Counted from the first letter of the stretch, positions 36,765 to 51,141 are shown. The stretch: 64,000 bases of DNA from Lytechinus pictus (GCF_037042905.1 NC_087252.1:7504001-7568000); one strand, 5' to 3'. The notes: a model not told the origin generated them from the letters alone. Numbers and translations are program-made.

Positions 36765-38071
36765 TTAAGAACTAACAATTTCTGGTGCTGTAGTACTAGT
36801 ACTGCATTCTGAGATACTACTCCCATTGACCTGTAAATTGTGTTTGACCATATGTAATGTATACTTGTAATTCAAGGCAAAAGATATCCCACATATTGCA
36901 CATGAAAATGGTTTTTCCTTACTATGCAGAGCTTGGACATGAGCAGTGAGGGAAGTGTTGGAGGTGAAAGTCTTTTCACACTCCGGGCAACTATACCGTC
37001 GAATTCCCCGGTGGCGCTCCTCGTGTCTCCTCAAGTCGCTCCTCTCGGCAAACCCAAAACTGCAAAACGAGCAGAAGTAGCGCTTCGGACGGTTCGAGTG
37101 GACACGTCGTTTATGTGCAAGGAACTGCCTCCTGCTCTTGAATCCTTTCCCGCAGACGTCGCACTTCACTGGCTTCAGTCCGTTGTGCTCTCCTTGGTGA
37201 CTGTTGAGGGCGCTTTCCGATGCAAAGCTCCTTGGACAAAACGTGCAGCGGTATATGTAAGTCTGCTCATGGATCAAGAGGTGGGCTTTGAGACGACTTG
37301 CACAGCTGAAGACCTTCGTGCACTGGCTACATTTGAACGTTCCTTCTCTTGTGTGAACCTCCCTTTCATGGATTTTGGCTGTTCTGTGGTCACTGTATCT
37401 ATTTGGACAGTACCTGCACTGGTACCGTAGCTGGTGATAATTGGCACTTTTACCAAGCATGTCCAAAGGCTTATCAGGAGCGGCTTCTGCAACAAGATAT
37501 TCCACAGCAGCAGGTGGTGGTATGAAGGCTTGGTGGGTAAGTTCATGCTTCCTGCAGTCACCCCTTCGTGCAAACCGTTCCGAACACAGCCGGCAAGGGT
37601 ACCCATGGATCTGGTGCGCATGCTTCCGGAGTGCAGCTTTCGATTTGTACCTTCCGTTGCATTCGCTGCACTTGTGGGTTCTGGCTTCGTTTACTGGTTT
37701 GTGCAGCATCATGTGCTTTGCCCATGCTTGGGCGTTCTTCTGTCTCTTTCCACACACGGGACAAGTATGGTCCTGATCATAATCATGAAATTGTTCGTGA
37801 GCCTTCAATCTGCCCGAGGAAGCAAAGACTTTCTTACAGGTTTCACACTTGAACTCACTATCTTTCTTCTTCCTAGTTCTCTTCCTTGCCTTGAAGAGAT
37901 GTTTAGAGCCGATTGTCACCTTGATGTGTTTCTTCACTCCTATCTTCCTTGATTTTAAGGACAGTTTGTCTTTCTCTTTGCCATCGGTGTGTTCACATGT
38001 AATATGTCTCAAGATCATTTTGGATGAGCTGAACAGGTGCTTGCAGAGACTACAACAGAACTTTTGTGCAT
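36765..38071 (-). CDS. PRDM-family gene A, coding exon 5: 12 C2H2 zinc fingers and stop
   Basis: Acceptor tttcag; uninterrupted frame with 12 CxxC..H..H repeats. Confidence 0.95.
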
Positions 38072-38413
38072 CTGAAACAATAAGAGAACAAAATTTATTT
38101 CAAATGACTTCTCAATAATTTTTATGTGGGGTCAACCAAGGTGAAGTCATAGGTCCTCTTTTATTCATTTTGTGAATTGACACATACTTTGCATATTTCT
38201 TGATGCATGCAACACAGAATATAACATACATTGGTGTCAATCACTAAACCTTTGTATGGTATCTGAACATTCTGGACAGTCAGAACCAGCTTCTTTTACC
38301 CCGAAAGCGAACCAAAGTTCATATTGATAATTTGCTATGTACGTAATCGGCCTAAATTTCTACCGTAGTGATACACAGATCATATGATATAAAAAAAATA
38401 TGGTTAAACAAAC

Positions 38414-38654
38414 CTTGGTCAAAATCAAGTTCATTCAATTCTGTCTTGATTCCAATATGCTTCATGTACTCCTTGCCATAGAAGACCTTGAGTTCGCTTC
38501 CTGGTTCAATGACCTTTGTGTTTCTAAAGTAGATTTCACCATAGAATTGATAGGCTTCCATGTTCTGTTCTTCTTCACTCTGTGCACATCTTACGTGAGA
38601 CATCCATGTTTTACGCCCATCGATGTAGTGATACACTCTACCCGAGACACAGAT
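38414..38654 (-). CDS. PRDM-family gene A, coding exon 4: PR/SET C-terminal half
   Basis: YIDG..WMSHVRCA..EQNMEAYQ..IYFR..IEPGSELKVFYG; AG/GT boundaries, phases 0/1. Confidence 0.92.
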
Positions 38655-39412
38655 CTGAAGGCAAAGGAAACGGAATACAATCAAGAACCTTGTCATTTGG
38701 CAAATGAATGCTCACTGCACATTTTGTACAATATGAATATGGCTAAAGGCATTCTTATACCGACACTATGCATCCTCATGTTTTGCCCTTCAATAATTTG
38801 CTCTCCTCGGCCTAGATAAGGTTAAGAATTTGTCAATTTCTTTCTAATGGTGAATTTGTGCCAGTTTGATAGTACTTGGTGGCTTATGATATAAGAGGAA
38901 CAAGTTATACACCAAATGGAGCTTCAATTATTACATGAGCAAAAATTAAAGAATTCCATCATTTGTAAAATGATGCAAAGGAGTGGAAATTAGAGAGAGC
39001 CAATCTCAGGAGAAAGACAATAGGAGGGAATGTAAAAAAAATCCTTTTCAATCAAACCTGTGTCCAAAAATCAAATGTCAGCCTTGGTGCTTTGACCAGA
39101 TATAAATTTGTGACTGTTTTGCATTCAATTACAACTCAACTTTACCCAATTTACACTAGATGTCAAACTTACATTTTAATTTGCAATTGTAGCTTCTGCA
39201 ATATGCCGTAAAGTGATGACATTTTCAACATACTCAGCTTGTTTTCATAATTTAATACTACTACTAATAGATAGCATTTATGAAGTGCCAACTATCCTTT
39301 TGCGTGTTCAATTTCGCACATCATATTACAAGATATAAGAATTCACCTTGCTTTCAAAATCCCAATCTTGAAATTGTAGCTCAAATCGATTCATTTTGCT
39401 TGACATAATTAC

Positions 39413-39738
39413 CTCCCATGATGTTTCCTTAGACCATCCCTCCTCTACATCTAGTAGTGATCCTTTAATGGGTCCAAACTCCGCCCCCTTTTCCATCATC
39501 TCCTTGGCAACCACCCTAATGACATCATTCTCCTTCGATACATGTAATGCGCAAGACGATGGAAGATCTAAGGGGACTGTCTTTTTGAGATGGACGGTGG
39601 CAAGGAGAGGCGCATCGGAGACTGGGTCATCTGGGAATGGAGGACTAGCATGAACTTGTTGGGATAATGACGGTTGTGATTCGGTAAAGCTACTCCTACT
39701 GCACGGCGATGAAGGAGTAGATACAAGAGCTGGTTGGT
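39413..39738 (-). CDS. PRDM-family gene A, coding exon 3: PR/SET N-terminal half
   Basis: LDLP..VVAKEMMEKGAEFGPIKG..SWE|gtaatt; phases 1/0. Confidence 0.9.
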
Positions 39739-40082
39739 CTAATCAGATAATCAGAAAAAGAAATGAAAGATCACCATCAAACAACCGTTACCATGGTCTG
39801 GGCTTGAAATTAACCAAAAGAGTAAAAATTTTAGTTTTCAGCACTATGTAAATCACAAGAAATTCAGAGGGAAACCTGATTTGGGCAAACAATAGTCAAT
39901 TACCAAGAAAAAAAAAAAAATCAAATTACAAAAACCAAATTATGTTTAGTACTGGTATGCACATTGTATTACAGCACATTTTAGTAAATATAGCATAAAC
40001 TTCCTTTTATGAGGCCCACTATTTTCAGCAAGTGTAAAAATATTCAATCTTTTTTGGGAGGGTTTTTCACTCACATTCCTAC

Positions 40083-40493
40083 CTTGTTGCTGTGTGTCGC
40101 TACTTTGTGCAGATTTGTTGAGAGTGATGGGGAGACTTCTGCTTTCTACAACAGATTTAAGAACTGAAGTCGGCTGAATATTCCTCTCTGGAACCGAGCT
40201 CTGAGAAGTAGTCAGTGGCATGGCCCTTGCTACAATAGATTCACAAGTTGGAGTTGCGATTGCTCCATCACAGCTCAGAACAACCGATAGAGGGAGTGCA
40301 ACTGGCAAAGTGTTTCTCCCTGAAACATCTTCATGAGGTGTGATGGGTGGAATGTTTCTCTCTTCAAATGCTTTATGTGTCTGGTTGATGGCAAGAGGAT
40401 AGTTGGCTAAAACGGAGGACGGTTTGACCCTTTGACCTCTGACAGGAAGCGATGGCTGTGGGAGGATTTGGGTTGGAGCAACATGGCCAGAAT
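40083..40493 (-). CDS. PRDM-family gene A, coding exon 2 (low-complexity linker)
   Basis: Open frame between aatag acceptor and g|gtagga donor; phase-compatible; homologous to gene B exon 2. Confidence 0.75.
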
Positions 40494-41421
40494 CTATTTA
40501 AGAAATAAATATACACTTCTAGATGAGCATGTGACTGAATAGAAAGATGCAAGCAAATACCAGAAGTTATGAAAATAAGTGATTTTCAATCTTATTTCAT
40601 GAAAGTCCAGTCCAACCATGTAAAAGTATAAAAATATTAATTATTTTAAAATGGCACAAGAAAAAAATTTCCTGCATCTAAGCAATACATTGTACATGGG
40701 CAGGATGGATATTACCATGGAACGGGGCTTAGGATGTTTGTTTGACCAAAACCAACTGTGTATTCTTGGCCGATATTACATAAAATACAGTGATTAATCA
40801 GGAATTGATTTTAATGACAGATTGCACAATTATATCAACACAATCAAATGTGAATCAGCCTTATATTCATTCATGTCTGTTATGGAAGCTTCCAAATGCC
40901 ATCGACTTGTCTTGATGAGATTTTGATTTAATATCACAGATAAATAAGTGTGTATTTTTTAAATTTGTTTTTTTTATAACAAATTAAAGTCAATTATAAA
41001 AATTTACAAAGAATTATTAATTGAATGATTGCAAATCACCACACACAAGATGGTTACACAAAAAAGAAAATAACAGCAAAAATAATTAACCTTAATTCAC
41101 ATCCTCCTCCCCTAGGTAAAAAAGGTGGCAAAGTGATAAAAAGCAAGTGATGACTTAAATTTTGTAGTATCAGTTTTACTGAAACAAAATTAAGAGATTT
41201 GGCATGTGTAAATTATTCACCAAATCATTTGGAGATTTTTTTTTTCTTGCCATGTCAACTTTTTTAAAGTTACATTTCGCCATGTCGATGTTTATATACA
41301 AAATAATGTTATTAAATTTACATGGCAAGAAAATATCCTACCATTTCCTTAAGTAAATGAAACTTTCAAGCTTCTGTAGTTTGGTAAAATGGCAAAAGAT
41401 CTGACAATCAAATCATCATAC

Positions 41422-41662
41422 CATGTTTGACCATGCTCAACATAGGAGCCGCTGGATGACTTTGAGAAAATGCTCTGAAAGGTTGATCCAACGGGAACTC
41501 GGACTGATGCTGTGAATGAGCATGGTATGGTAGGTCAATGGAGTAAGATGCAAAATGTTGCTGATGTGGTGGTGGTGGTTGCTGCAGAGGTTGCTGGTGT
41601 TGCCGACATTCTTCTTCCTCTCTCTCAGGGCAGAAGAGACCACGCGGATAGTGACTTTCCAT
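41422..41662 (-). CDS. PRDM-family gene A, coding exon 1 (ATG; Q/P/H-rich)
   Basis: MESHYPRGLF...HPAAPMLSMVKH|gtatga; homologous to gene B exon 1; upstream acceptor at 41694 implies a 5' UTR exon. Confidence 0.85.
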
Positions 41663-44600
41663 GGTTCACAATGGCCAAATTGTTGATTTCATTCTGAAAA
41701 CAAATTCATTGAATTTAAAGCAAAAATATTCTCAGATTTTATGCATTATCATGGAACAATACTATCTATTCACCAGCTGGGAAATAATTATAATACATGT
41801 GAAAAACATAGGCCTACATGTCAAGCTTCTTCTCAGATATACACCATATCAACACAAATAGTAAGATGGGGGTCCGATTTTCGGACACTTAAATCATTTT
41901 TATTTTAATCTGGGTTCTCAATATACACACATAGAAAAATAGAAGAAATAATTGTGAAAGTTTTTGCCCTGGACATCAATTGTCTCAGATTACAAAAACA
42001 ATTTATGAAAATATTGATTGCAAAGTTCTGAAAATTGATGTCTTGTCTGGACAAAGAACCCATGCAGACAAGCAATAACTTGGTATATCGCCATTGTCAC
42101 GATCATTATCATAGATAGGCTCATAATATAAGCTTTATACAGTGTAGTCATTCACACTAGCTACATGGTTGAAAATATTGCACAGACGCGGAACAAGAGT
42201 TGGACTTTAACAGGGTGCGAATGTGCCTGAAAAATTTGACAAGCAAAAAAAAAAAAAAAAACGGGTTTGGTGGACATTTCGTTCCTGGATTGACAAGCCA
42301 ACAAAAAGTCGCGGGGTACGCAATGCATTTTATATGTTTATGGGGTGCACCCGCAACTTCCAGATCCACATCTGCCAATGACATGCCTGCCGAGCTCCCC
42401 AAGGCCGAGCTGCACGAGTTGAAGGGTGTTACTGGGCCAATATCTACTAGCGCCAGTGTTTGGATTGTTGATGGCTATCTGCCCATTTACAGTGTGCAAA
42501 GTCTGCATCATTATATCCATGCATAAAAAAAGCCAGGCTAAGAATGGTAGCGTAGATCTACGCGTAAACATGATTGATCAGCGATTGTGGTTCCTTATTT
42601 GGATTAGACTTTTTACTTAGAGCCTAGAACCTAAGCTTGGTCTGGCATTTCAATGACGGAGTCAGATTTCAATTTTTTAAGGACGGAGTCAGATTTCAAT
42701 TTTTTAAGTCAGATAATCACATCATTATTTGCCAAACTCAAACATGCATCATGTGCATACCTAAATCTATTAAATATTTTTTTTTAATTATAAACTTTAC
42801 TTTACAGTGTAAGGTTGTAAAAACTATAAGTTTGGAGTAGAAAATAATGCAAGTTCTAAGTTGTAGCTCAAATTAATCAATCATCAAACCAAAGGGAAAA
42901 TAGGTGAAACTAGAAGATGCAAAATAAATCAAACAGAAACTGAAGAAGTCTGGTGGTGCACTGCTATAATCTCTGGGCTACTTTGCCTCAGTAAAACTTG
43001 GGATCACATAATAATTTACATATATTCAAATCAAGTAAAGTCAACCAATCAAAATAAAAGGAATGGAAGGATCGAACTAAAATGTAAGAACCCAATTCAT
43101 AAGATTAACCAATAAGGAATAAGGAGATGAAGATGACAGAGATGTCTGGTGATTATGTAATAATGAACACAGAAACTAAGGAGTCAGGACTTTGTTTCCA
43201 CAAAACCAGATTTTGATCATTTTAAATACCTAACATTATTGACATGAAAAATATTTAAACAGAAGTCACATAACCATGAAATAATTCAATATTTACAATA
43301 TTTTGTTTTAATAACCAGGAGGATTAAGAACTTGGAAAAACTAAAAGAACTTCCTGACTTTTGTTTGAAAAAAATAAATTGATACAACTGATTATTCAAA
43401 TCTTGAATTAACATATGCATGAAATGTAATTACTGTATCAATTCAATAAACCAAGAATTCAATGATTGGGGGTTTTTGATAGAAAAGCTAAAATTTTATA
43501 ATCTGTGAATGCTTTTTTTTCATGACATCAATTTGAGGATCATTTTTCTTTCTAAAAAAAAAATCTATGAAGTTCTCATGATTCATAAAATATGCAAGCA
43601 CTTCAAGGCAAATGAAATAAGGCAATTGTTGCAGCTTAAATGAATAGTGAAAAACAATTAAAAGTACAAGATAAAATATTACTGAACTTTAACAAATTAG
43701 AAAATAAACTTTGACCAAACAGCATAAAATTTGGGGATGCTAAAAAGCAATTCATGAGAGTCATATATTTTTTATGGCAAACCGAGTATACATGTATCTA
43801 ATAAGTTTGATTTTTTAAATTTTTGCCTATCTCACAGTATATAGCCATACAAATGTGATGGTTAGAGGAAAATTGAAGAAAAAAAAAATAATTGATATAA
43901 CGAATTTAGATATATCATATAAAATTTGCAAAATATTGAAAACCATGTTTTGTTTTTTTGAAGCCGCGTACATACGTAGCCATGCGCACGTAGCCACAGC
44001 ACTTGCTATATCAATATATCCTCGCATATCCACGTCTGTACTGACTCGCTGTAGACTCTGTTATCCATTCATTGTATTTTCCCCTTTTCAAACCCGAAGA
44101 CTTTTGTAATTGATTCATGGCATTGGAAAGAAAGGTCGGTCTTAGCCATCTCTACTCTAATAGTCTAGTCTAGACTAGGCCTAGATCTAGACTAATGTTA
44201 GAATCTAGATTTTTCTATCTCATCAACCACTTCATTAAACTGTCCGATTTTTTTCAGATCTTGATGAAAATAGTGCAAAATAGAAATCTAACAAATTTCA
44301 TAGTAATCCATGAACCGGTTTTTTAATAAAATGCTCCCAATAGGCTCTGTACACACAGCTGAAACACACGACCACACACAGTCAGAGTGCAGATATTTTG
44401 TGTGCTGTTTTGCATTGGGCTTTCTGGAGTAGTGGGGGAAGGGTATTTTTATATCAATTCTGACACTTGATCCTTAAGGAAAGGTGAAAAATGAGTATTT
44501 CCATTGGATTTGCCATTATAAATATTACAAAAACCAACTAGTTAAAAAAAATATGGCACTTTTTCACAAGATACGAGACTTTGAACTTCCCTTTTTAATG

Positions 44601-45164
44601 CCACAAAAATTATGGTAGGACAAGTTCCCCCAGGTCTGCGCAGTCCCCTTGTCTGCGCACAAGCGTATCTGCGCGATTATAGTAAAAGAAGATATACCGT
44701 ACTCAACACAGACTTTAGACATGCAATAAATAGACAGATATTCATTAAAAAATCTGCTAGGATCGAAAGCTTAAGCCCCTTTTTGACTTTCAAATGTAAA
44801 CTAAACAGGATCATATTCATATGTCAGAAATGCGTTAAACTTCGATTTTAATCTTTGAGTTTGAACATGTCGAAGTTCGAGGTCCAAGAGCAGAGGGTTT
44901 TTTGTTCAGAGGAGCCGGACATGCCGGAGCCCGTGAAGGCATGGAAGGGGACATTTGGGGAACCTAGCCTCCAAGTCCAACTCTAATGAACTTATGATAT
45001 GAAGCCAACTTGTGACTTCACGATCCATCCAACTTCCTAATCCTACTCCAAGGGCAAGGCCAAGCAATCCTTCCAAGTTCCAGCAGCAGCACCACCATGT
45101 CCATGTCTACGCGGTTTTCCGCTGCCGCTGGAGCGACTGGGCGCGAAGGGGGTATGGTAAGGCC

Positions 45165-45686
45165 TAACCCAGGGAGCCCAGGGGCTTACCGTGTATTTGA
45201 CCATACTCACGGGACTAACGTGATTTATGGTCTAAATATTTCTCCAAATGAATTGTGAATACAGAAATTATGCACTTACCACGATTAATGGATGAAGGTC
45301 TAACGAGTGGCAGTTTCCTGACATCGAGGCACAGACTGAAACTTGAAACCTCAAAAAACGAAAATTTCTCTCCTTCTACACCAGTCTCGATCGGCCATTT
45401 TGTTATGAATACATAACAAAAATGGCCGATCGAGACTGGGATAGGAGAGAACTTTTCGTTTTTTGAGGTTTCACTCAGTCTGTGCCTCGTGACATTAGCC
45501 CTCGATGTAAGGAAACTGCCACTCGTTAGACCTTCATCCATATAATCGTGGTAAGTGCATAATTTCTGTTTTCACAATTCATTTGGAGAAATATTTAGAC
45601 CATAAATCACGCTAGTCCCGTGAGTATGGTCAAATACACGGTAAGCCCCTGGGCTCCCGCCCGCTGCGCGGGAGCTCCCTGGGTTA
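45165..45686. mobile_element. Palindromic foldback element, same family as 3186-3713, 9-bp TSD
   Basis: TAACCC...GGGTTA; ggtaaggcc at 45156-45164 and 45687-45695; core homologous to 3186-3713. Confidence 0.9.
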
Positions 45687-46811
45687 GGTAAGGCCATGGC
45701 CAGGGGTACGGTAGGCACGGGGGCAGGCCGCGCCGCAGGACGAACGGGACTCGGCTTGCCTTAGGCTTAACCCAGGGAGCTCCCTGCCCTTGGGTTACGC
45801 TTGCCTGAGACTTTTTAGTGAAATCCAACGCCCAATGTCTAGTTTTCAACAGTGCAGCCAATTCGAAAAATCGATTTGAATTGATCAAATGGTTTAAAAT
45901 ATTGGTGCATAATTACGTCGATAGAACTCCTAAGTTGCTCTGTTGTAGGGAAATCTGAAAATACCAAGACAAAAATCATCAAATCGATGCTTCATCTTGA
46001 TGACCTCGGAACAATGGTGTCTTCGACTGCACAAAACAAAAATGAATTAAACACTACTACTATACTAGTACTGCATGCATGACAGTACGACGAGGCCATA
46101 TTTAAGGATCCAGGAGGGACAAAGCAGTATCAAGAAACTTATTGCAGAACTTCTGCTATTTTTCTTACCTTTCCTTTTTCAACAACTTTTCCTCGGCTAG
46201 ATAAATCAGCTAGAGCTTGTCATTGTCAGTTGTCACACCGGGGTTTATAAGGGTTGCTAATTGGCGATCTTGAAGACAAAAAATATGTCATTCACAGACT
46301 ACACTTTTTTTAGTGCTGTAGAAACCCAATTTCTCACACTATTTCTGATTTATGCTGTTCATGTCAATACAGATGTCAAGAAAGACATACCGGTGGCTTA
46401 TTATGTGATTATATCATTTTATATACATATTATATATATATATATAAATGTGATAATTTTTACATGTACAACAGCTTTGGCAACTCTTGTATTTATATAT
46501 TTTGTGAAAGAAATTAATGAGAACAATGATAGGCGTAGCTTAATTCAAGGTTCCTCAGAGAGATATATATAATATATAAATAAACATACACACCCCCGCG
46601 CTCAAAACGTTCTCATCTTGTATGTATATATCATTTTAGCTTGCCAGCCAAAATTTGTAAATTGTGACCTTTTATTCTAGTTTACATTGGACCGTTTTCT
46701 GCATTTCAGTGGCTCGTTTTGTTATTTCCAGGGGTTTTGGTACCATGGCAAATTAATGAAAGCCCTGTATAAATTCTCCCTCTCTCTCCCTCAACCCGTT
46801 TCTGTTTTTAA

Positions 46812-47674
46812 ATTAATACAATTCAACAAAATTTATGAATTGAGAAACTTTTCTAAGAAATTTTATTGATAATCTATAACTTCTACCACCATGTAACATA
46901 CATCAAGCTAAAACTGCTTTTAGCTTCACTAAGAAAACATAAGTAAAATAAGATCAATGTATGAAGTTTCAAAAATTCATCATAATCTTAATTCTTCAAG
47001 AAAGTTCACCTAACTAATAAAAAATATTACTCTTACATTTTTTAGGTCAATTGGCATACTATTATCCCAGGTAAAAAAACCAGTTGAAACCAGTTGAAAT
47101 TTTTACTGGTTTCTACTGGATTCAACTGGTACCACTTGAAACCAGTTTGGACAACTGGTAAACCCTCATTATACCAGTATGTTCCAGTTGAAACCCATTG
47201 ACCCAACTGGCACGTGCTGGAAACATGCAAGTTGATTCCAGTTGGAACCAATAAACCATACTGGTATAAACCAGTACACCAGTTGATACCAGTTGGAACC
47301 CATAGAACTTTAATGGGTGCATCTACCACTTGATTCCACTTAAAACCCATTAAACATACTGGTATATTCTTAAACCAGTTGATACCAGTAAGAACCACTA
47401 GGCCTTACTGGAATAACTACCAGTTGATTAATACAATTCAACAAAATTTATGAATTGAGAAACTTTTCTAAGAAATTTTATTGATAATCTATAACTTCTA
47501 CCACCATGTAACATACATCAAGCTAAAACTGCTTTTAGCTTCACTAAGAAAACATAAGTAAAATAAGATCAATGTATGAAGTTTCAAAAATTCATCATAA
47601 TCTTAATTCTTCAAGAAAGTTCACCTAACTAATAAAAAATATTACTCTTACATTTTTTAGGTCAATTGGCATAC
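46812..47674 (+). repeat. 248-bp direct duplication (46812-47059, 47427-47674) flanking a 367-bp ccagttgaaac-rich element fragment
   Basis: The two copies appear identical by eye. Confidence 0.9.
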
Positions 47675-48114
47675 ATACACATTGATATACAAAACAATTT
47701 ATCATTAAAAATTGACAAATAACTTTCAATGTAGCATAATATAACATATGGAAGTTGACAATGAATGCAAAATGCTGAGATTTTGTTTTAGCACACAGGA
47801 AAATGGTCAAATATATAAGTTATATGACTGGCATTCACTACACAACGATATTCACAAATGAGTTGATAAAAGGCAGCACCAGTCTTTTGGCAAATACATA
47901 CAAAACTCACTCACAGGACAATATTACTTGTCTTCCTTAAAATGATATCTGTTTACGGAAATCTGTGCATTTGACCGCTTTTAAATGAAACTAGGTTTAC
48001 ACTGTAAGAGCATGGTACCATTTAATGCAAATAATTATTGGTTTATATCATTTTCACTTGGTTTATAATTAGTTAATCTCCATGTACTTCTCTGTTGTTT
48101 CTAGCTAATCTCAT

Positions 48115-48382
48115 TTAATAATAATAGCTGGATTTATAAAGCGCTTTTTGCCTGATACAAAGCACTGCTATTATTACTCCGGCTTTAGCTGTGCTGCCAT
48201 GTAGGCGCTGAGGCATTCAAGGGAGTTTCTTCCTACCGTGTGTTCATTCACCTCACCTGGGTTGGGTGCAACACAATATGGGTAAAATTCTTGCTGAAGG
48301 AAAACATACCATGACTGGGAATCGAACCTACGTCCCTCATAATGAAAGGCGAGAGTCATAACCACCAGACCACGACATCCCC
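48115..48382 (-). mobile_element. tRNA-derived SINE
   Basis: Minus strand: A-box gtggtctggtgg, B-box ggttcgattccc, body, (ATT)n tail. Confidence 0.85.
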
Positions 48383-48483
48383 ACATTTGGTCTTCACAGC
48401 ACTTGGTCAATTAAAGTAATGCCCAGACGGTGTTGCACCTTGTCAAATGAAAAATTTGATCCATAATTAGATCATCTAACCAT

Positions 48484-48613
48484 GGGCCAGTAACACAAAA
48501 CTTGGCAATGATCTTAGAACATTTTTCTACGATTGATTCCATTGACTACAATGTACGATCAATCGTCAAAATCAAGCGTACAATCAATCGCTAACCTTTG
48601 TGTTACGGGACCC
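48484..48613. mobile_element. Short MITE
   Basis: TIR gggccagtaacacaaa / tttgtgttacgggaccc. Confidence 0.65.
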
Positions 48614-48651
48614 ATATAAAGTAAAGTAATGTTAGACCAAGTGGATATTAA

Positions 48652-49247
48652 AGATCAAGTTCACCTCAGAAGAATGATGATTTGAATCAATAGAGAAAAA
48701 ATCAGACCAGCATAATACTGAAATTTTCATCGAAATCAGATATAAAATAGGAAAGTTATGACATTTTAAATTTTTGCTTCTTTACAAAATAGTTATATAC
48801 ACAATTTAGTCACATGCAAATGAGAGAATCAATGATGTCCCTCCCTCACTATTTCTTTTGTTTATTATTGTTTGAATAATACAATATTTCAATTTTTACA
48901 GATTTGACAATAACGACCAACTTCACTGAACCAAAAAATGTTAAACAATGGTAATTCCACATGTTCAGGGAAAACTAAAACTTTGTTTTACAGGACAATG
49001 GGGAGAAAATTAGAATATTTCATATTTCATATAATAAAATACCAAAGAAATAGTGAGTGATGTCATCAATTTGCATACCGTCCGGGATTTGCATAACTAT
49101 TTTTGTAAAATTAAGCAAAACTTTCAAATGTCATAACTTCCTTACCGGTATTTTACATCCGATTTTGATGAAATTTTCAGTGTTATGCTTGTTGGATTTT
49201 TCTCTGTTTATTCGAATCAACTTTTTGTTAGGGTGGACTTGTGTCCT
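48652..49247. mobile_element. Kolobok-type non-autonomous element
   Basis: TTAA flanks; imperfect long TIRs; same family as 62612-63203. Confidence 0.75.
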
Positions 49248-50081
49248 TTAAGAAAATTGGTATAGCTTCATAGTGCAATTAATATCCCCTTGTTCTTATA
49301 TAAATAAATTCAAATTTAATTCAAATAATATACTATAAATTGGATTAACAAAATTCCATTGATTTTTCTCTCTATATAAAAACAAATATTCTAAATACAG
49401 GCAAGATATTGTTACGTGGAAACTATCACACAGCCAATCTGAGTCACTATGAATGATATGTATGAGGTGCGCGGGGGTTAAGTTTCATGTAGATGAAAAT
49501 TGTACATATATATGTATAGACGTAGAAAATTCATTATTCAAAATGATTATCCAACATTTACTTATTTACATATCATTTTATGTACAATTAATCCCTCTTA
49601 CTTCCTCAACGGCTTAAGTTATCAAATAAATTACATTTAGCATTTCAACATGAAATAGAATACACCTTTTGTCATTTTTCCTCATGCAGCGGACAGCCCA
49701 AATATACCAACCATATTGCTTTATGAGTTGAATTTCCTTTTCAATAACTTGTTTATACAATATAGAAGTACACATGAATGTCAAAATTAGACGAAATATA
49801 TGAATATGAGTTGATTTATTCTGATATCTTCTCACCAAACTCAAGGAATCTAGAATAAAGAGTTTCTAGATCTCATAATAACAAGACTTAAAAGCATAAT
49901 TGTTGCCATGTTTCATGGGAATTGTTACCTTTTAAGGTTGTTACCTTTTAAGGTTCTTATCTATCCAAGGAAGAAAGAGTTAAATACAGACGTTATGTAA
50001 TAATGCACTGTTTACTCCACACGATGGCTAATATGTTAATTTCGTTATCAATCTCTCTGTGACGAAAAATACATTCATATG

Positions 50082-50470
50082 CAGGGTGCTACATAACTAT
50101 TTAGGAGCACTTGCCCCATCGGGCAAGTAAATTTTTAAATAGTTGGAATATACTTGCCCGAAAAAATACTTCAAAAAAAAGTTTTACCTCTTCAAAAGAA
50201 AATATTGCGGTTTTATAAACCATTGACCTTTTTCTCTCTTTTGACATGAACTGATGTACCTTGTTCTTGCATTTCTTTTTCCAAAGTGATTTCATCTTCT
50301 CCACCATGACCAAATTTAGGATCGATATAACATATCGACCCTAATTTTGGTCATTCTACTGTGAGAATTTTTGCTTGCTCTATTCGGGCAGTAGTTTTGG
50401 TCTTTACTTCAAAACACTTGCCCGACTTTAACTTTTACTTGCCCTGGGCAAGTGCTTATGTAGCACCCTG
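50082..50470. mobile_element. MITE with 15-bp TIR (hAT-like CAGGG end)
   Basis: cagggtgctacataa / ttatgtagcaccctg; repeated acttgccc motifs; TSD not recognisable. Confidence 0.75.
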
Positions 50471-50780
50471 GATATTTGGGATTATTTTCATCAAATTTAA
50501 CGTGGTGGTGCTGGAGGTGGTGTTTGTGCACACCAATGACGAGGGTCGGGGGTGAAAATAAAAAATCTCAAGAAATGGAAGAAGTTGACCCTTCCTACTA
50601 CCTGCTCATTAGGTCAAACGTCTGCGTTCTATGACTTTCAACAATTTGAGGCAGACTTGTTTCAGAAATATATTTCTCTATTTTATCAGAGGTGATAAGA
50701 AGTACATAAGTCATAGAAATACACAACTCAATCATTATTCACTGATGCTTCATGTAACCCTAAAAATTACACTTGATGTC

Positions 50781-51062
50781 TAATAATAATTGGCTTTTAT
50801 ATAGCGCGATATCAATGTAGGACTGCTAACAGCACTTCACAATTATTTTTACCCAGTCACTGGATTCACAGCTTTTTGAGCAGCCTGTTAGGCGCACACT
50901 TGCGAAACCAACCACAATGACGGTTGTTTCGTACTGGTACCCAATTAACACCTGGGTGAGAGTAGCAAAGTGTGGATAGACGCCTTGCCAAAAGGACGCT
51001 GGGCCATGGTGGGATTCAAACAAGCGACCCTCTGATTGCAAGGCGAGAGTCAGAACTAACCT
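50781..51062 (-). mobile_element. tRNA-derived SINE
   Basis: Minus-strand tRNA-like head (ctcgccttgcaatcaga..gtttgaatccc), body similar to the 48115 SINE, (ATT)n tail. Confidence 0.8.
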
Positions 51063-51141
51063 CATATTTCTTTAAAACTTCAGCATTCATTTAGTGAAGC
51101 AACCTGCCCACCTTTTCCAGAATACTCACTGCTCTTTGTTA

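Noticed and set aside
36924..38118. Long plus-strand ORFs overlapping zinc-finger exons (also 51358-52423)
   Set aside because: Antisense shadows of C2H2 coding sequence with no recognisable motifs
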